Assembly (NCBI GenBank): GCA_902628835.1 | Contig: CACOPD010000003.1 | Location: 22,053 to 86,052 of the forward strand | Length of the DNA stretch: 64,000 nucleotides | Origin: an uncultured Alphaproteobacteria bacterium | Lineage (GTDB): Bacteria; Pseudomonadota; Alphaproteobacteria; HIMB59; GCA-002718135 | Reading direction: 5' to 3' | Shown: piece after piece, positions 28,905 through 38,861 of the stretch | Numbering within the stretch: the first letter of the stretch is position 1 | How the letters are laid out: every line of letters begins with the position of its first letter | Notes under the pieces: model-generated | Databases searched by the model: none | Seen by the model: only the letters and a program-made list of their open reading frames with translations | Told to the model about the DNA's origin: nothing | Translations under genes and position numbers: made by a program

Positions 28905-29073
28905 CACTCCCCCATTTTTGATATTATAGTTATAATATCTCCAAAATTTAAGAAAAAACAACAACTTAATAGTTCAAAAAGTTTTAAAAAAAATAGTTGA
29001 TAAAAATCTTTATCTGCATAATGTAAAATTGTTTAAAACATTTGTTTTATAACTATTCATAATAGGAGGAAAT

Positions 29074-30498
29074 ATGAAAAAATTACTAATTACCCTTCTA
29101 GTTTCAACTTTTTCATTCTCAGCTATGGCTGACGGTCATGCTGAATGGTGGAAAAAAGCTGGTGCCCCTTATGCGGGAACTGTTCTTCAAGGTGTTGCTG
29201 AGAACACACCTCCAGGTCAATTTGCTGGAGAAGTTTTAGCAAAAGAATTTGAAGCATTAACTGGCATTAAAGTACAACTAGAAAATACTTCTTGGGATTC
29301 TATGTATGATAAAGCAATCAAAGATATGGAAGCTAATTCTGGTATCTATGATTTTGTATATATTGAACAAGATATAGTTTATGACTACTTAAATAGAGAT
29401 TTCTTGGTTAATATAACAGAAGGTCTTGCTAATAACCCTGATCTTCAAGCTCCTGGTGTAAGCCTTGATGACTTCACAACTTTCATTGATTATTTTAAAG
29501 ATGGATCTGGTGATGTTTTTGGTGTTCCTATGGAAGCTTTCATAAAAGTTTATCTATATAGAAAAGATCTATTTGAAGCTGCTGATGCAAAAGCTGCATT
29601 TAGAGCACAATATGGATATGGTTTATCTCCTGCAACATCATTTGATCAGTACAGAGATAACGCAGAATTCTTTACACATTACTGTGCTGATAATGGTATG
29701 GAATGTTGGGGAACAACTGTTCAGGGACATACTGGACATCCAGCTTCTACTTATGAGTTCCTAGAGTCCATTGGACCATCTTTTGGTTTATATAACTGGG
29801 GTGTTAATATGGATAGCTATCAGTCATGTGTAGAAAATGGTGGTCAATTAAATGGTGGAAGAGCAAAAGCTGCTCTAAACTTCTGGACACAACTTCTACC
29901 TTTTGCTCCACCTGAAGCACTTCAAAGTACTTGGAGTGAAGTTGGTGCATCTTTTGCTGCAGGACGAGCTGCACAAGGTTGGGTATATGGTGAAAACGCT
30001 GCATGGATTGCAACTGACTCTGAAAAATCAGCAGTTGTAGGAAATGTTGGTGTTATGTTACCTCCAACAGCACCTGGTGTTATGACTCAAGCTGCATCAG
30101 GAAATGGTTACATTGGCTATTTTGATGGTGGTGCTTATGGTATTCCACACTCATCAAAAAATATTGAAGCTACAATGCTTTGGCTTCAATTCATTGCTCA
30201 AAATGAAGTTCAAGCTGATTGGGCAATTGCTGGTGGACGTATTACTCATAAAGCAACATATGCTGATCCAAAAGTAATGGCTGTTGACGAACAAGCTGAC
30301 GGATACTTTACTTTAATGAGAGATACTGGCTTCTTATATGCTGGTGCGCCTCCATTCCCATTCCACGGAGCGGGAAGAGCTGCAATAGACCCTTTCATTT
30401 ATAAAGCTCTTGCAGGAGAAATGACTCCGGAAGAAGCTTTAGATGGAGCATGTCAAGCTCTTGATAAAGTAATGAGTGATCTTGGTTATCAAGGTTAA
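29074..30498 (+). CDS. Extracellular solute-binding protein (family 1, sugar/polyol ABC transporter).
   Basis: Signal peptide [19 protein letters not shown] and strong AGGAGGA 7 nt upstream. It is followed by MalF/MalG-type permease genes. Its composition (rich in A/G/W/Y, poor in K/N/I) differs from its neighbours. Confidence 0.85.
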   Translation: MKKLLITLLVSTFSFSAMADGHAEWWKKAGAPYAGTVLQGVAENTPPGQFAGEVLAKEFEALTGIKVQLENTSWDSMYDKAIKDMEANSGIYDFVYIEQDIVYDYLNRDFLVNITEGLANNPDLQAPGVSLDDFTTFIDYFKDGSGDVFGVPMEAFIKVYLYRKDLFEAADAKAAFRAQYGYGLSPATSFDQYRDNAEFFTHYCADNGMECWGTTVQGHTGHPASTYEFLESIGPSFGLYNWGVNMDSYQSCVENGGQLNGGRAKAALNFWTQLLPFAPPEALQSTWSEVGASFAAGRAAQGWVYGENAAWIATDSEKSAVVGNVGVMLPPTAPGVMTQAASGNGYIGYFDGGAYGIPHSSKNIEATMLWLQFIAQNEVQADWAIAGGRITHKATYADPKVMAVDEQADGYFTLMRDTGFLYAGAPPFPFHGAGRAAIDPFIYKALAGEMTPEEALDGACQALDKVMSDLGYQG

Positions 30499-30511
30499 TT
30501 AATCTTTAAAT

Positions 30512-30537
30512 GGGAGGCTCTATAGCCTCCCTTTTTT
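30512..30537 (+). terminator. Intrinsic terminator/attenuator between the binding-protein gene and the first permease gene.
   Basis: GGGAGGCT-CTAT-AGCCTCCC followed by T6. The permease ATG (30538) immediately follows the T-tract. Confidence 0.75.
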
Positions 30538-31419
30538 ATGTTTTCTAATAATCGAACAGGTTGGTTACTTTTATCACCAACAATTCTTATACTTTTTTTA
30601 GTTGGACTAGTTCCTTTCTTTTATGTTTTATATGTTGGTTTTTTTAAATGGAATCCTCTTGCTGTTGATCCTTCAATGCAATTTGAGGGCTTTGGATACA
30701 ATTACAGACAGCTGATATTTGATGAAGTTTTTTTGAGTTCAATTTGGCGTTCAATTAGATTTGCTGTTGTCACATTATTTTTTGAATTAAGTTTAGGATT
30801 TTTGTTAGCTTTATCTTTGCTTAGTTCTTTTCCTTTAAAATCTTTTTTCAGAGGTGTGCATACTTTGCCTCTAGTAATTGCACCGATTGTTGTTGGTTCA
30901 ATATTTAAGTTGTTTAGTGTTCAAGGATTAGGACCTTTACCTCATTTTTTAAAAGATTTTTTTGGATATACGTTAAATTATGGATTAAATGCTGATCAAG
31001 CTTTTTGGATGATTGTTATAATGGATATTTGGCATTGGACTCCGTTTGTTACTTTAACCTTACTTGCTGGGCTAAGTGCTCTCCCTCAAGATCCTTATGA
31101 GTCAGCCAAAATTGATGGAGCAAATAATTTCCAAATATTTATCTATATAACTATCCCTATGATGGTGCCAGTTTTGATAGTTGTTATTTTTATTAGATTA
31201 ATGGACTCACTTAAGATTGTTGATGAAGTATGGATGCTCACTGGAGGTGGACCAGGTTATGCAACGAGATTTACAGGCATTCATATATGGAAAGAAGTTT
31301 TTGAAAAAAGATTTTATGGTTTTGGATCAGCTATGTCGATTTTATATTTATATATAACAATTGTCATTTGTTGGCTGCTTTATAGTGTAATGGTCTCGAG
31401 GGGGAAAAGTGAAGATTAG
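30538..31419 (+). CDS. ABC transporter permease (MalF/UgpA type).
   Basis: Six-TM protein with an EAA-like loop ([22 protein letters not shown]). Confidence 0.9.
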   Translation: MFSNNRTGWLLLSPTILILFLVGLVPFFYVLYVGFFKWNPLAVDPSMQFEGFGYNYRQLIFDEVFLSSIWRSIRFAVVTLFFELSLGFLLALSLLSSFPLKSFFRGVHTLPLVIAPIVVGSIFKLFSVQGLGPLPHFLKDFFGYTLNYGLNADQAFWMIVIMDIWHWTPFVTLTLLAGLSALPQDPYESAKIDGANNFQIFIYITIPMMVPVLIVVIFIRLMDSLKIVDEVWMLTGGGPGYATRFTGIHIWKEVFEKRFYGFGSAMSILYLYITIVICWLLYSVMVSRGKSED

Positions 31420-32263
31420 AAAAGTTATTGGAAAAATTAGCACAACAATTCTTTGGACTATATTAACATTAATTACCTTATTCCCAATTTATTGGATGGT
31501 TTTAGTCTCAACAAGAACACCGGTTGAATTATTTGGTAAGCCAGATTTAAGCCCTACATTTTTTCAAAAAATACATTGGAAAAACTTTACTAAACCTTTT
31601 ATTGATGGCATTTATTCTGATTATCTTTTTAATTCAATTATAGTAGCTACTTCAAATGCTGCCTTAGTAACTGTATTAGCATTAATGGCTACTTATGCTC
31701 TATCTAGATTTAAGTTACCTGGATCAGAAAGTATATTTTTTTGGACTATGACAAATAGAATGGCTCCACCTGCTGCATTTATGTTGCCTTTGTTTTTATT
31801 GTTCTCTACTGTTTTTAAATTTGGCGATTCTACTCTATTTGATACAAAAATTGGATTAATATTATTATACTGTGTCTTTAATTTACCTTTTGCTATTTGG
31901 CTTTTAAAAGGAATTATTGATGGCATTCCAAAAGAATTGGATGAAGCCATGATAGTTGATGGTGCCAATTTATTTACAGTACTTTGGAAGTTAATAATAC
32001 CTCTTGCAGCTCCTGGAATTGCTGTAACATCACTACTCAGTTTTTTATTCGCATGGAATGAATATTTATTAGCTTCAACCTTAACAAGTGTTTATGCGAG
32101 AACGATCCCGACTGGTTTATCTGAGTTTGTAACCACAACAGGAACAAACTGGGGAACTATGGCAGCTGTAGCTTTAGTGTCAATGATACCAGCTTTAATC
32201 TTTTTATTTTTAGTACAGAGGTATATTGTTGCCGGATTAACTTTTGGAGCTGTTAAAGGATAA
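31409..32263 (+). CDS. ABC transporter permease (MalG/UgpE type).
   Basis: EAA loop [22 protein letters not shown]. It overlaps the upstream permease gene by 11 nt. Confidence 0.9.
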   Translation: MKIRKVIGKISTTILWTILTLITLFPIYWMVLVSTRTPVELFGKPDLSPTFFQKIHWKNFTKPFIDGIYSDYLFNSIIVATSNAALVTVLALMATYALSRFKLPGSESIFFWTMTNRMAPPAAFMLPLFLLFSTVFKFGDSTLFDTKIGLILLYCVFNLPFAIWLLKGIIDGIPKELDEAMIVDGANLFTVLWKLIIPLAAPGIAVTSLLSFLFAWNEYLLASTLTSVYARTIPTGLSEFVTTTGTNWGTMAAVALVSMIPALIFLFLVQRYIVAGLTFGAVKG

Positions 32264-32264
32264 T

Positions 32265-32444
32265 ATGAAAAAGAAAGGTTTCATTCCTATTGATACAAAC
32301 TGGTTTGATAGACTATTTATTGGTGTAATTAGTTTCGTTGCTTTACAATTATTTTGGATGAGATTTTTAGAAAATATTTTATCAATTAATTTTGCTATTG
32401 GAATTGGTATAGCTTGGATAATATTTGTTATTTGGAAAGGATAG
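32265..32444 (+). CDS. Small two-TM integral membrane protein (DUF2160-like accessory of sugar ABC operons).
   Basis: MKKKGFIPIDTNWFDRLFIGVISFVALQLFWMRF…IGIGIAWIIFVIWKG. ATG 32265 lies 1 nt after the permease stop. The family assignment is recalled from memory and is tentative. Confidence 0.5.
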   Translation: MKKKGFIPIDTNWFDRLFIGVISFVALQLFWMRFLENILSINFAIGIGIAWIIFVIWKG

Positions 32445-32447
32445 AAA

Positions 32448-33491
32448 ATGAAAGCTTTAGTACTAGAAAAACAATTAGAATTAAACTTACGTGATATTGA
32501 TCTTCCTACAGAGGTAGGTCCAGATGATGTTAAAATCAAAATGCATACTGTTGGTATCTGTGGATCAGATATACATTATTATGAACATGGAAAAATTGGT
32601 CAATGGCACGTTAATGCTCCAATGGTTTTAGGTCATGAAGGATCTGGTACTGTAATAGCTGTTGGAAAAAATGAAAAAATTTTAAAAGAAGGAGATAGAG
32701 TTTGTATAGAGCCACAAGTAGTAAGTAAAAAATCTAAAGAATATAAACTTGGTATGTATAATTATGATCAACAAGTAAAATTTTGGGCAACACCTCCTGT
32801 GCATGGCTGTCTAGCACCTGAAGTAATTTTTCCTGGAGACATGGTATTTAGGATTCCTGATAATATGTCCTACGCAGAAGGTGCAATGGTTGAGCCGTTA
32901 GCTGTTGGAATGCAAGGAGTTACAAAAGCTAAAATAAAACCAGGGCAAATTGGACTTGTTATGGGATGTGGGCCTATTGGCTTAGTTACTGGATTAGCTG
33001 CATTAGCTGGTGGTTGTTCAAAAGTTTACATCGCAGATATTTTAGCAGAAAAACTAAAAATGTGTGATCATTATCCAGATTTAATACCTGTTGATTTATC
33101 TAAAGAAAATTTATCAGAAAGAATTATGGATAATACTGGAGGTTGGGGGGTTGATCGTTTTTTTGAGTGTAGCGGAGCAGTTAAAGCTTATGAAGCTATA
33201 TTTAGTTGTTGTTCTCCAGGTGCACATGTAGTCCTCATTGGTAATAATGCAGAACCAGTTCCAATGAATTGGGCAATTCTATTTGCTAAAGGTCTAGAAT
33301 ATCAAACTGTTCATAGATATTCACATCAATATGAACCATCAATAAGATTATTAGGAAGTGGAAAAATTAATGTAAAACCAATGATTACTCATACTTTTAA
33401 ATTTGAAGAAAGTGTTGCCGCTTTTGAAAGAGCTGCAGAACACAGACCTACAGATGTAAAACTTCAAATTAAAATAGATGAAGAAAAATGA
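32448..33491 (+). CDS. Zn-dependent medium-chain polyol dehydrogenase (sorbitol/xylitol/L-iditol 2-dehydrogenase-like).
   Basis: Contains [18 protein letters not shown] and GCGPIGL, the MDR sorbitol dehydrogenase signatures. Confidence 0.85.
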   Translation: MKALVLEKQLELNLRDIDLPTEVGPDDVKIKMHTVGICGSDIHYYEHGKIGQWHVNAPMVLGHEGSGTVIAVGKNEKILKEGDRVCIEPQVVSKKSKEYKLGMYNYDQQVKFWATPPVHGCLAPEVIFPGDMVFRIPDNMSYAEGAMVEPLAVGMQGVTKAKIKPGQIGLVMGCGPIGLVTGLAALAGGCSKVYIADILAEKLKMCDHYPDLIPVDLSKENLSERIMDNTGGWGVDRFFECSGAVKAYEAIFSCCSPGAHVVLIGNNAEPVPMNWAILFAKGLEYQTVHRYSHQYEPSIRLLGSGKINVKPMITHTFKFEESVAAFERAAEHRPTDVKLQIKIDEEK

Positions 33492-34899
33492 TCTAAAAAT
33501 ACCTTCTTTTAATAGAGAAGACTGTAAAATTGGATTTGTTCATTTAGGTACCGGTAATTTTCACAGAGCTCATCAAGCTTTCTATATAAACAATTATCTT
33601 AACCAAACAGATGATCTTAACTGGGGAATTTGTGCTATAAATTTAAGAAAGGAAGAGCGAGAAAATTTTGATTTTTTACAGGATAGAAACGGCAAATATG
33701 TATTAAAAACTATCTCTACATCGGGTGATAAAGAATATCATGAAATACACTCAATACTAAACTTAATTGATTGGAGTAAAGATAAAGAAGATGCTGAAAA
33801 TATCTTAAGTAATCCTGATATTGAATTAGTAACTATAACAGTTACAGAAAGTGGTTATTATATTAGTGAAAATAATAAACTAAACCTTAATTTAGAAATT
33901 GTAAAAAATAATATTGAAAAAAAAGAAAGCACAATCATCTTTTCATATCTTTTAAATGCATTAAAAAAAAGAATGAAGTCGATTGATAAAGAAATAACTC
34001 TTCTGTGTTGTGATAACATTAGAGAAAATGGAGTTATGCTTAAGAATGCTCTAAAAGATTATTTAAAAAATTCAAAGGAATTAGAACTTTTAGAATGGGT
34101 AAATAAAAAAGTAAGTTTTCCTTCATGTGTTGTTGATAGAATTACACCTAGACCTCCAAGTGATCTTAAAAAAGAAATAGCAGATAATTTCAATATAAAT
34201 GAAAATTGTAGTGTGATGGCGGAGACTTTTATTCAATGGGTAATTGAAGATAATTTTATTGGAAAAAGGCCAGAACTTGAAAAGGTTGGTGTGCAATTTG
34301 TACAGAATGTTTTTCCTTATGAAGAAGCTAAAATAAGAATTTTAAATGGTGCCCATGTGGCTCTAAGCTATTTCGGAGCCTTAAAAAAATATGTTACATA
34401 TGATGCTGCTATTTTAGATAAAGAATTGCAACAATATTTTTTTGAACTAGAAAGGAAGGAAATCATACCAGCATTAGGAAATGAAGCTCCCTTTGATCTT
34501 GAAGAATATATGATGATTATTTTTGATAGATTTAAAAATAAAAATATAGGTGATAAACTTGAAAGAATTGCTATGGATGGAGTAGGAAAATTTCCTATAT
34601 TTATTTTGCCAACAATAAACAAGTGTTTTCAAAAAAATATAATTCCAGAAAATTCAATAGACGCAATAGCAGGTTGGTACGTTTTTATGTGTAAAATATT
34701 ATCAAAAGATCTTATATTTAATTATTATGAACCAAGTTGGGATTGGATTAAAAATTATTTATCTGATGACAAAGTAGAGGATTTTGCATGTTGTAAAGAA
34801 TTATGGGGTGATACACCTAAAAAATATATTAAATTTTCTAACTTGTTGATTAAGAAAATTAAATTTCTACAAACTATTTACTCTAATGAAAATATTTGA
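33478..34899 (+). CDS. Long-chain mannitol dehydrogenase family oxidoreductase (mannitol/D-arabinitol/fructuronate reductase type).
   Basis: Contains VHLGTGNFHRAHQAFY, DRITP and LNGAH. At 473 aa the length fits. Confidence 0.85.
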   Translation: MKKNDLKIPSFNREDCKIGFVHLGTGNFHRAHQAFYINNYLNQTDDLNWGICAINLRKEERENFDFLQDRNGKYVLKTISTSGDKEYHEIHSILNLIDWSKDKEDAENILSNPDIELVTITVTESGYYISENNKLNLNLEIVKNNIEKKESTIIFSYLLNALKKRMKSIDKEITLLCCDNIRENGVMLKNALKDYLKNSKELELLEWVNKKVSFPSCVVDRITPRPPSDLKKEIADNFNINENCSVMAETFIQWVIEDNFIGKRPELEKVGVQFVQNVFPYEEAKIRILNGAHVALSYFGALKKYVTYDAAILDKELQQYFFELERKEIIPALGNEAPFDLEEYMMIIFDRFKNKNIGDKLERIAMDGVGKFPIFILPTINKCFQKNIIPENSIDAIAGWYVFMCKILSKDLIFNYYEPSWDWIKNYLSDDKVEDFACCKELWGDTPKKYIKFSNLLIKKIKFLQTIYSNENI

Positions 34900-36484
34900 T
34901 TTTATTATTGTTGGTGGGGGAACTTCAGGAACAGTAACTGCTGAAAAATTAATTAAAAACGGTCACACAGTTTTAATTCTTGAAGAAGGTAAAAAAAATA
35001 GCAATCCTTTTTTAAGTATGCCTGCTGGATGGATACCAATGCTTGAAGGTAGTCCTTATTTAAAATTTTATAAATCTTCTCCACAACCGCAGCTAGGTAA
35101 TAGACAACATGATATAGCTCAAGCTAAAGTATTTGGAGGAGGATCAAGTGTAAATGGAATGGTTTATATGAGAGGCAAACCGTCTGATTATGAAAATTGG
35201 GTTAGAGAAACAGGAGATGAAAGATGGGGATGGGATTCTTTAATTCAAAATTTTAAACAACTAGAAAATAATCAAAGACTAGGTGGAGAGTTTCATGGGA
35301 ATGAGGGGCCGATAAAAGTATCAGATCCGGGATACGTAGCTGAAGGATCAAATTTATATATTAAGTCAATGCAAAATTTAGGTTTACCATACAATAGAGA
35401 TTTTAATAATGGTAAACAATATGGTGTAGGTCTAATGCAGTACACTATAGGTGATGGAAAAAGATGTGACACTATTTCATCAATTATAAAACCAATTATA
35501 AAAAATAAGAAACTTAAAATAAAACTTAATACAACAGTAACAAAAGTAATTATAGAAAATAAAAAGGCAACTGGTGTAGAAACAATATCTAATGGTATCA
35601 ATGAAAAATTTTTTGGAAAAGAAATAATACTTACTGCTGGAGCTTTAATTACACCAAAAATATTGATGCATTCTGGTATTGGTGAGGAGACTCAATTAAG
35701 AAAATTTAACATTAATGTAAAAGAAGATTTACCCGGAGTTGGTAAAAACTTACAAGATCATCACGAGATTCCTTTTGTGACAAGGGCAAAACCAGGATAC
35801 GGTTATTTTAAGCAAAATAAAGGTTGGAGGATGATTAGAAATGGTATCCAATATTTATTATTTAAATCAGGACCAGTAACATCAAATGGCGTAGATTGTT
35901 GTTCATTTCTTAATCCAGAGGATCTGCAAGACAGCACTGATCCAAAGATTAAATTGTATTGTGTTCAAATAATGTACACCGATAGAGACACTAAAGGTAT
36001 TAAACCGGATCATGGCGTGACATTAACATCTTGCATTATGAATCCAAAATCAAGAGGTGATGTTACTTTAAATTCTTCGAACCCATTAGATCTTCCAAAT
36101 ATCAACCCTAATTTTTTGAGTAATCAAGATGATATTAAAACTTTGTTAGAAAGTGTAAAATTGGCTAGAAAAGTTATTAAAACTAAACCCTTATCAGATA
36201 TTATTTTAGATGAAATACTGCCAGGTGAAAAAATTATTGATGATGATTCTTTAATTAATTACTGTAAAAAAATGATTAAAACAAATTGGCATCCCGTTGG
36301 AACTTGTAAAATGGGTAATGATAATGATCGTTTAGCAGTTTTAAATTCAAAACTTCAAGTCAAAGGAATTGAAAATTTAAGAGTTTTTGATGTTTCAATG
36401 ATGCCAAATATTGTATCAGCAAACACAAACGCACCTGCAATGGCAATAGCAGATAACGCGACTAATATTATGTTAAAAGGCTAG
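34886..36484 (+). CDS. GMC-family FAD oxidoreductase, copy 2 (paralog of 26511..28136).
   Basis: Contains DFIIVGGGTSGT, GGGSSVNGMVYMRG, HPVGTCKMG and RVFDVSMMPNIVSANTNAPAMAIA. Confidence 0.9.
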   Translation: MKIFDFIIVGGGTSGTVTAEKLIKNGHTVLILEEGKKNSNPFLSMPAGWIPMLEGSPYLKFYKSSPQPQLGNRQHDIAQAKVFGGGSSVNGMVYMRGKPSDYENWVRETGDERWGWDSLIQNFKQLENNQRLGGEFHGNEGPIKVSDPGYVAEGSNLYIKSMQNLGLPYNRDFNNGKQYGVGLMQYTIGDGKRCDTISSIIKPIIKNKKLKIKLNTTVTKVIIENKKATGVETISNGINEKFFGKEIILTAGALITPKILMHSGIGEETQLRKFNINVKEDLPGVGKNLQDHHEIPFVTRAKPGYGYFKQNKGWRMIRNGIQYLLFKSGPVTSNGVDCCSFLNPEDLQDSTDPKIKLYCVQIMYTDRDTKGIKPDHGVTLTSCIMNPKSRGDVTLNSSNPLDLPNINPNFLSNQDDIKTLLESVKLARKVIKTKPLSDIILDEILPGEKIIDDDSLINYCKKMIKTNWHPVGTCKMGNDNDRLAVLNSKLQVKGIENLRVFDVSMMPNIVSANTNAPAMAIADNATNIMLKG

Positions 36485-37952
36485 GTGCTATATCCTTATT
36501 TGAAGAGTATAAATCTTTCCAGATAGAATATCGTTTTAAAAGTAGATCAATTTTATTGTCTATAGGATTAAAAGTTTCACTAATTTTTATTTCTTTTATT
36601 ATACTAACATCACTATTAATATTTTTATCGACATGCATTGCTAATCTAGCAACTCCAAGAGCAGCTCCAAATTCACTTTGATTACAAACACTGAGATTTC
36701 TATTTAGAAGTGAGGCTATTAATTCAATCCAAAATTTACTTTTTGAACCTCCTCCAACCATAAAGATTTTTTCAAAGTTTTTATTTACTTTAAGTATAGA
36801 GTTTACACCGTCAAGAATTCCAAAACTTACACCTTCTACAACAGCATATTGTAAATTAGTTGAACTTGTAGTTGTTTTCATTGAGTGAAAAGAACCGCGA
36901 ATATATGGATCATTGTGAGGTGTTCTTTCTCCAGATAAATATGGTAAAAAAAATGGAGAATTTATAAGATTGTTTGTATTAGAAAAATATTTTTCTATAT
37001 TAGTTAAAGTTTCTGTAATAGATGAATTAGTTATTGAACATATCCAATCTAGACAATTACTAGCACTCAACATTACGGACATTAAGTGCCATTTATTTGG
37101 TAAACAATGACAAAATGAATGTACAGCATCTCCAGTATTACTCAAAAAATTGTCTGTTGGAGTGAAAAAGACTCCAGATGTTCCAAGAGATATAAATGAT
37201 TGATTTTCATTTGTTATGCCCATCCCAGTAGCAGCAGCCGCATTATCTCCAGCACCACCAACAACTTTTACATTATTATTAAAATTAAATTTATCTTTTA
37301 ATTCATTTTTTAGAATTCCTGTTTCCTCATTTCCTTCTACAAGATTTGGCATTTGCTTCTCTTGTAGAAACGAACATGATAACAATTCGTCAGACCATTT
37401 TCTTTGTTTTATGTCTAACCATAATGTTCCTGAAGCATCTGACATTTCAGAAAAAAATTCACCAGTAAGAACAAATCGTAAGAAATCTTTAGGAAGTAAA
37501 ACTTTGAAAATTTTTTTAAAATTATCTATTTCGTTATTTTTTATCCAATTTATTTTTGGTGCTGTAAAACCAGGCATGGTAATATTTCCTGAAATTGATC
37601 GTACATCAAAATTTTGTTTTTCAAATTCTTCACATTCTTGATGAGATCTTGTATCATTCCAAAGAATACATGGTCTAATGACCTTTCCATCCTTATCTAT
37701 TAAAGTAGCTCCGTGCATATGACCGGATATGCCAATAGAAATAGTTTGTGAAAATTCTTTTGGTTTTTTTAGCTTTAAAATTTCAAAGCATTCCATTGTT
37801 GAGTCAATCCATTCTTGTGGATTTTGCTCACTAAAGCCATCTTTTGGAGTTTGTACTGTGAGACTTGAATTAGCCGTAGCAAGAATGTTTTGACTTTGAT
37901 CAATTAAAATCATTTTGATTGATGAAGTTCCAAGATCAATACCAATAAACAT
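36468..37952 (-). CDS. xylB: Xylulokinase (FGGY family).
   Basis: Contains MFIGIDLGTSSIKMILID, GISGHMHG, GGAGDNAAAATG, PYLSGERTPH and GGGSKS. Confidence 0.85.
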   Translation of the reverse strand: MFIGIDLGTSSIKMILIDQSQNILATANSSLTVQTPKDGFSEQNPQEWIDSTMECFEILKLKKPKEFSQTISIGISGHMHGATLIDKDGKVIRPCILWNDTRSHQECEEFEKQNFDVRSISGNITMPGFTAPKINWIKNNEIDNFKKIFKVLLPKDFLRFVLTGEFFSEMSDASGTLWLDIKQRKWSDELLSCSFLQEKQMPNLVEGNEETGILKNELKDKFNFNNNVKVVGGAGDNAAAATGMGITNENQSFISLGTSGVFFTPTDNFLSNTGDAVHSFCHCLPNKWHLMSVMLSASNCLDWICSITNSSITETLTNIEKYFSNTNNLINSPFFLPYLSGERTPHNDPYIRGSFHSMKTTTSSTNLQYAVVEGVSFGILDGVNSILKVNKNFEKIFMVGGGSKSKFWIELIASLLNRNLSVCNQSEFGAALGVARLAMHVDKNINSDVSIIKEIKISETFNPIDNKIDLLLKRYSIWKDLYSSNKDIAPSLLT

Positions 37953-38001
37953 AGCATAAATTTATAACATTAATATTTTAATTGATACAAAGAAATTAAA
38001 G

Positions 38002-38856
38002 TTACTTATAAGAATACCGAAATATAAATATTCCTGATGAAACAATAATAATTGCTCCAATAATTGTAAATATATCTGGAATCTCTTTATAAACGACTAA
38101 TCCAAAAAATATTCCCCAAAGTATAATAGTATATTGGTATGGAGCTAAAATACTTGCTGGAGTAATACTTAAGGCCTTTATCTGTAAATATAAGCCTGTA
38201 CAAAAAAATATACCCAAAAAAATAAAAAAAATAAAAGAAAATGAATGCAAAGGTTGCCAGAAAAAAAGTGATAGTACAAATGTAATAATAGCGCCTATAA
38301 GACCATTGTAGAACAACATAGTTTCATTATCATCATACTTAGCATTCAATCTTGTTGCAATTTGAAATAGTGAATAGAAAAATGCAGCACATAATGGAAT
38401 AATTAAATAAGGATTAAATATAGTCATTCCAGGTCGCATAATTAGAATAACTCCAAAAAAACTTAAACTGATAGCTAACCAAGTAGCAAAGTTAACTTTT
38501 TCTTTTAATATGAAATAAGAAAAAACTAAGACAAGAACGGGTGCTAAAGATCCTATCGTATGAGCATCCGCTAGAGCTAAATGTCTAAAAGATAGTACAA
38601 AAAAACACGACTCACAAACAGATAGAACACATCTAGTTATTTGTATCCTATAATTATTTGAAAAGTAAAATTTCTTAACTTTATTTTTTTTCGCAATAAA
38701 AAAAGAAAAAATAAAACAAAAACTAAACTTAACAAATAATAATACAAAAACTGAATGATATTGAACTGCTGTTTTTTGAATAGTATCTAAGATACCAAAA
38801 GATAAATAAGTTAAAAGGGTTAAAATTATTCCATAGGTATATGGATTTGATTTCAT
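38002..38856 (-). CDS. EamA/DMT-family transporter.
   Basis: Ten predicted hydrophobic segments in the duplicated EamA pattern; 284 aa. Confidence 0.75.
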   Translation of the reverse strand: MKSNPYTYGIILTLLTYLSFGILDTIQKTAVQYHSVFVLLFVKFSFCFIFSFFIAKKNKVKKFYFSNNYRIQITRCVLSVCESCFFVLSFRHLALADAHTIGSLAPVLVLVFSYFILKEKVNFATWLAISLSFFGVILIMRPGMTIFNPYLIIPLCAAFFYSLFQIATRLNAKYDDNETMLFYNGLIGAIITFVLSLFFWQPLHSFSFIFFIFLGIFFCTGLYLQIKALSITPASILAPYQYTIILWGIFFGLVVYKEIPDIFTIIGAIIIVSSGIFIFRYSYK

Positions 38857-38861
38857 ATTTG

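Noticed and set aside
28997-29024. Sigma70-like promoter TTGATA-N16-TAATGT upstream of the polyol binding-protein gene.
   Set aside because: It is plausible, but hexamers of this kind occur frequently by chance in DNA this AT-rich. Without TSS data I do not report it as a feature.
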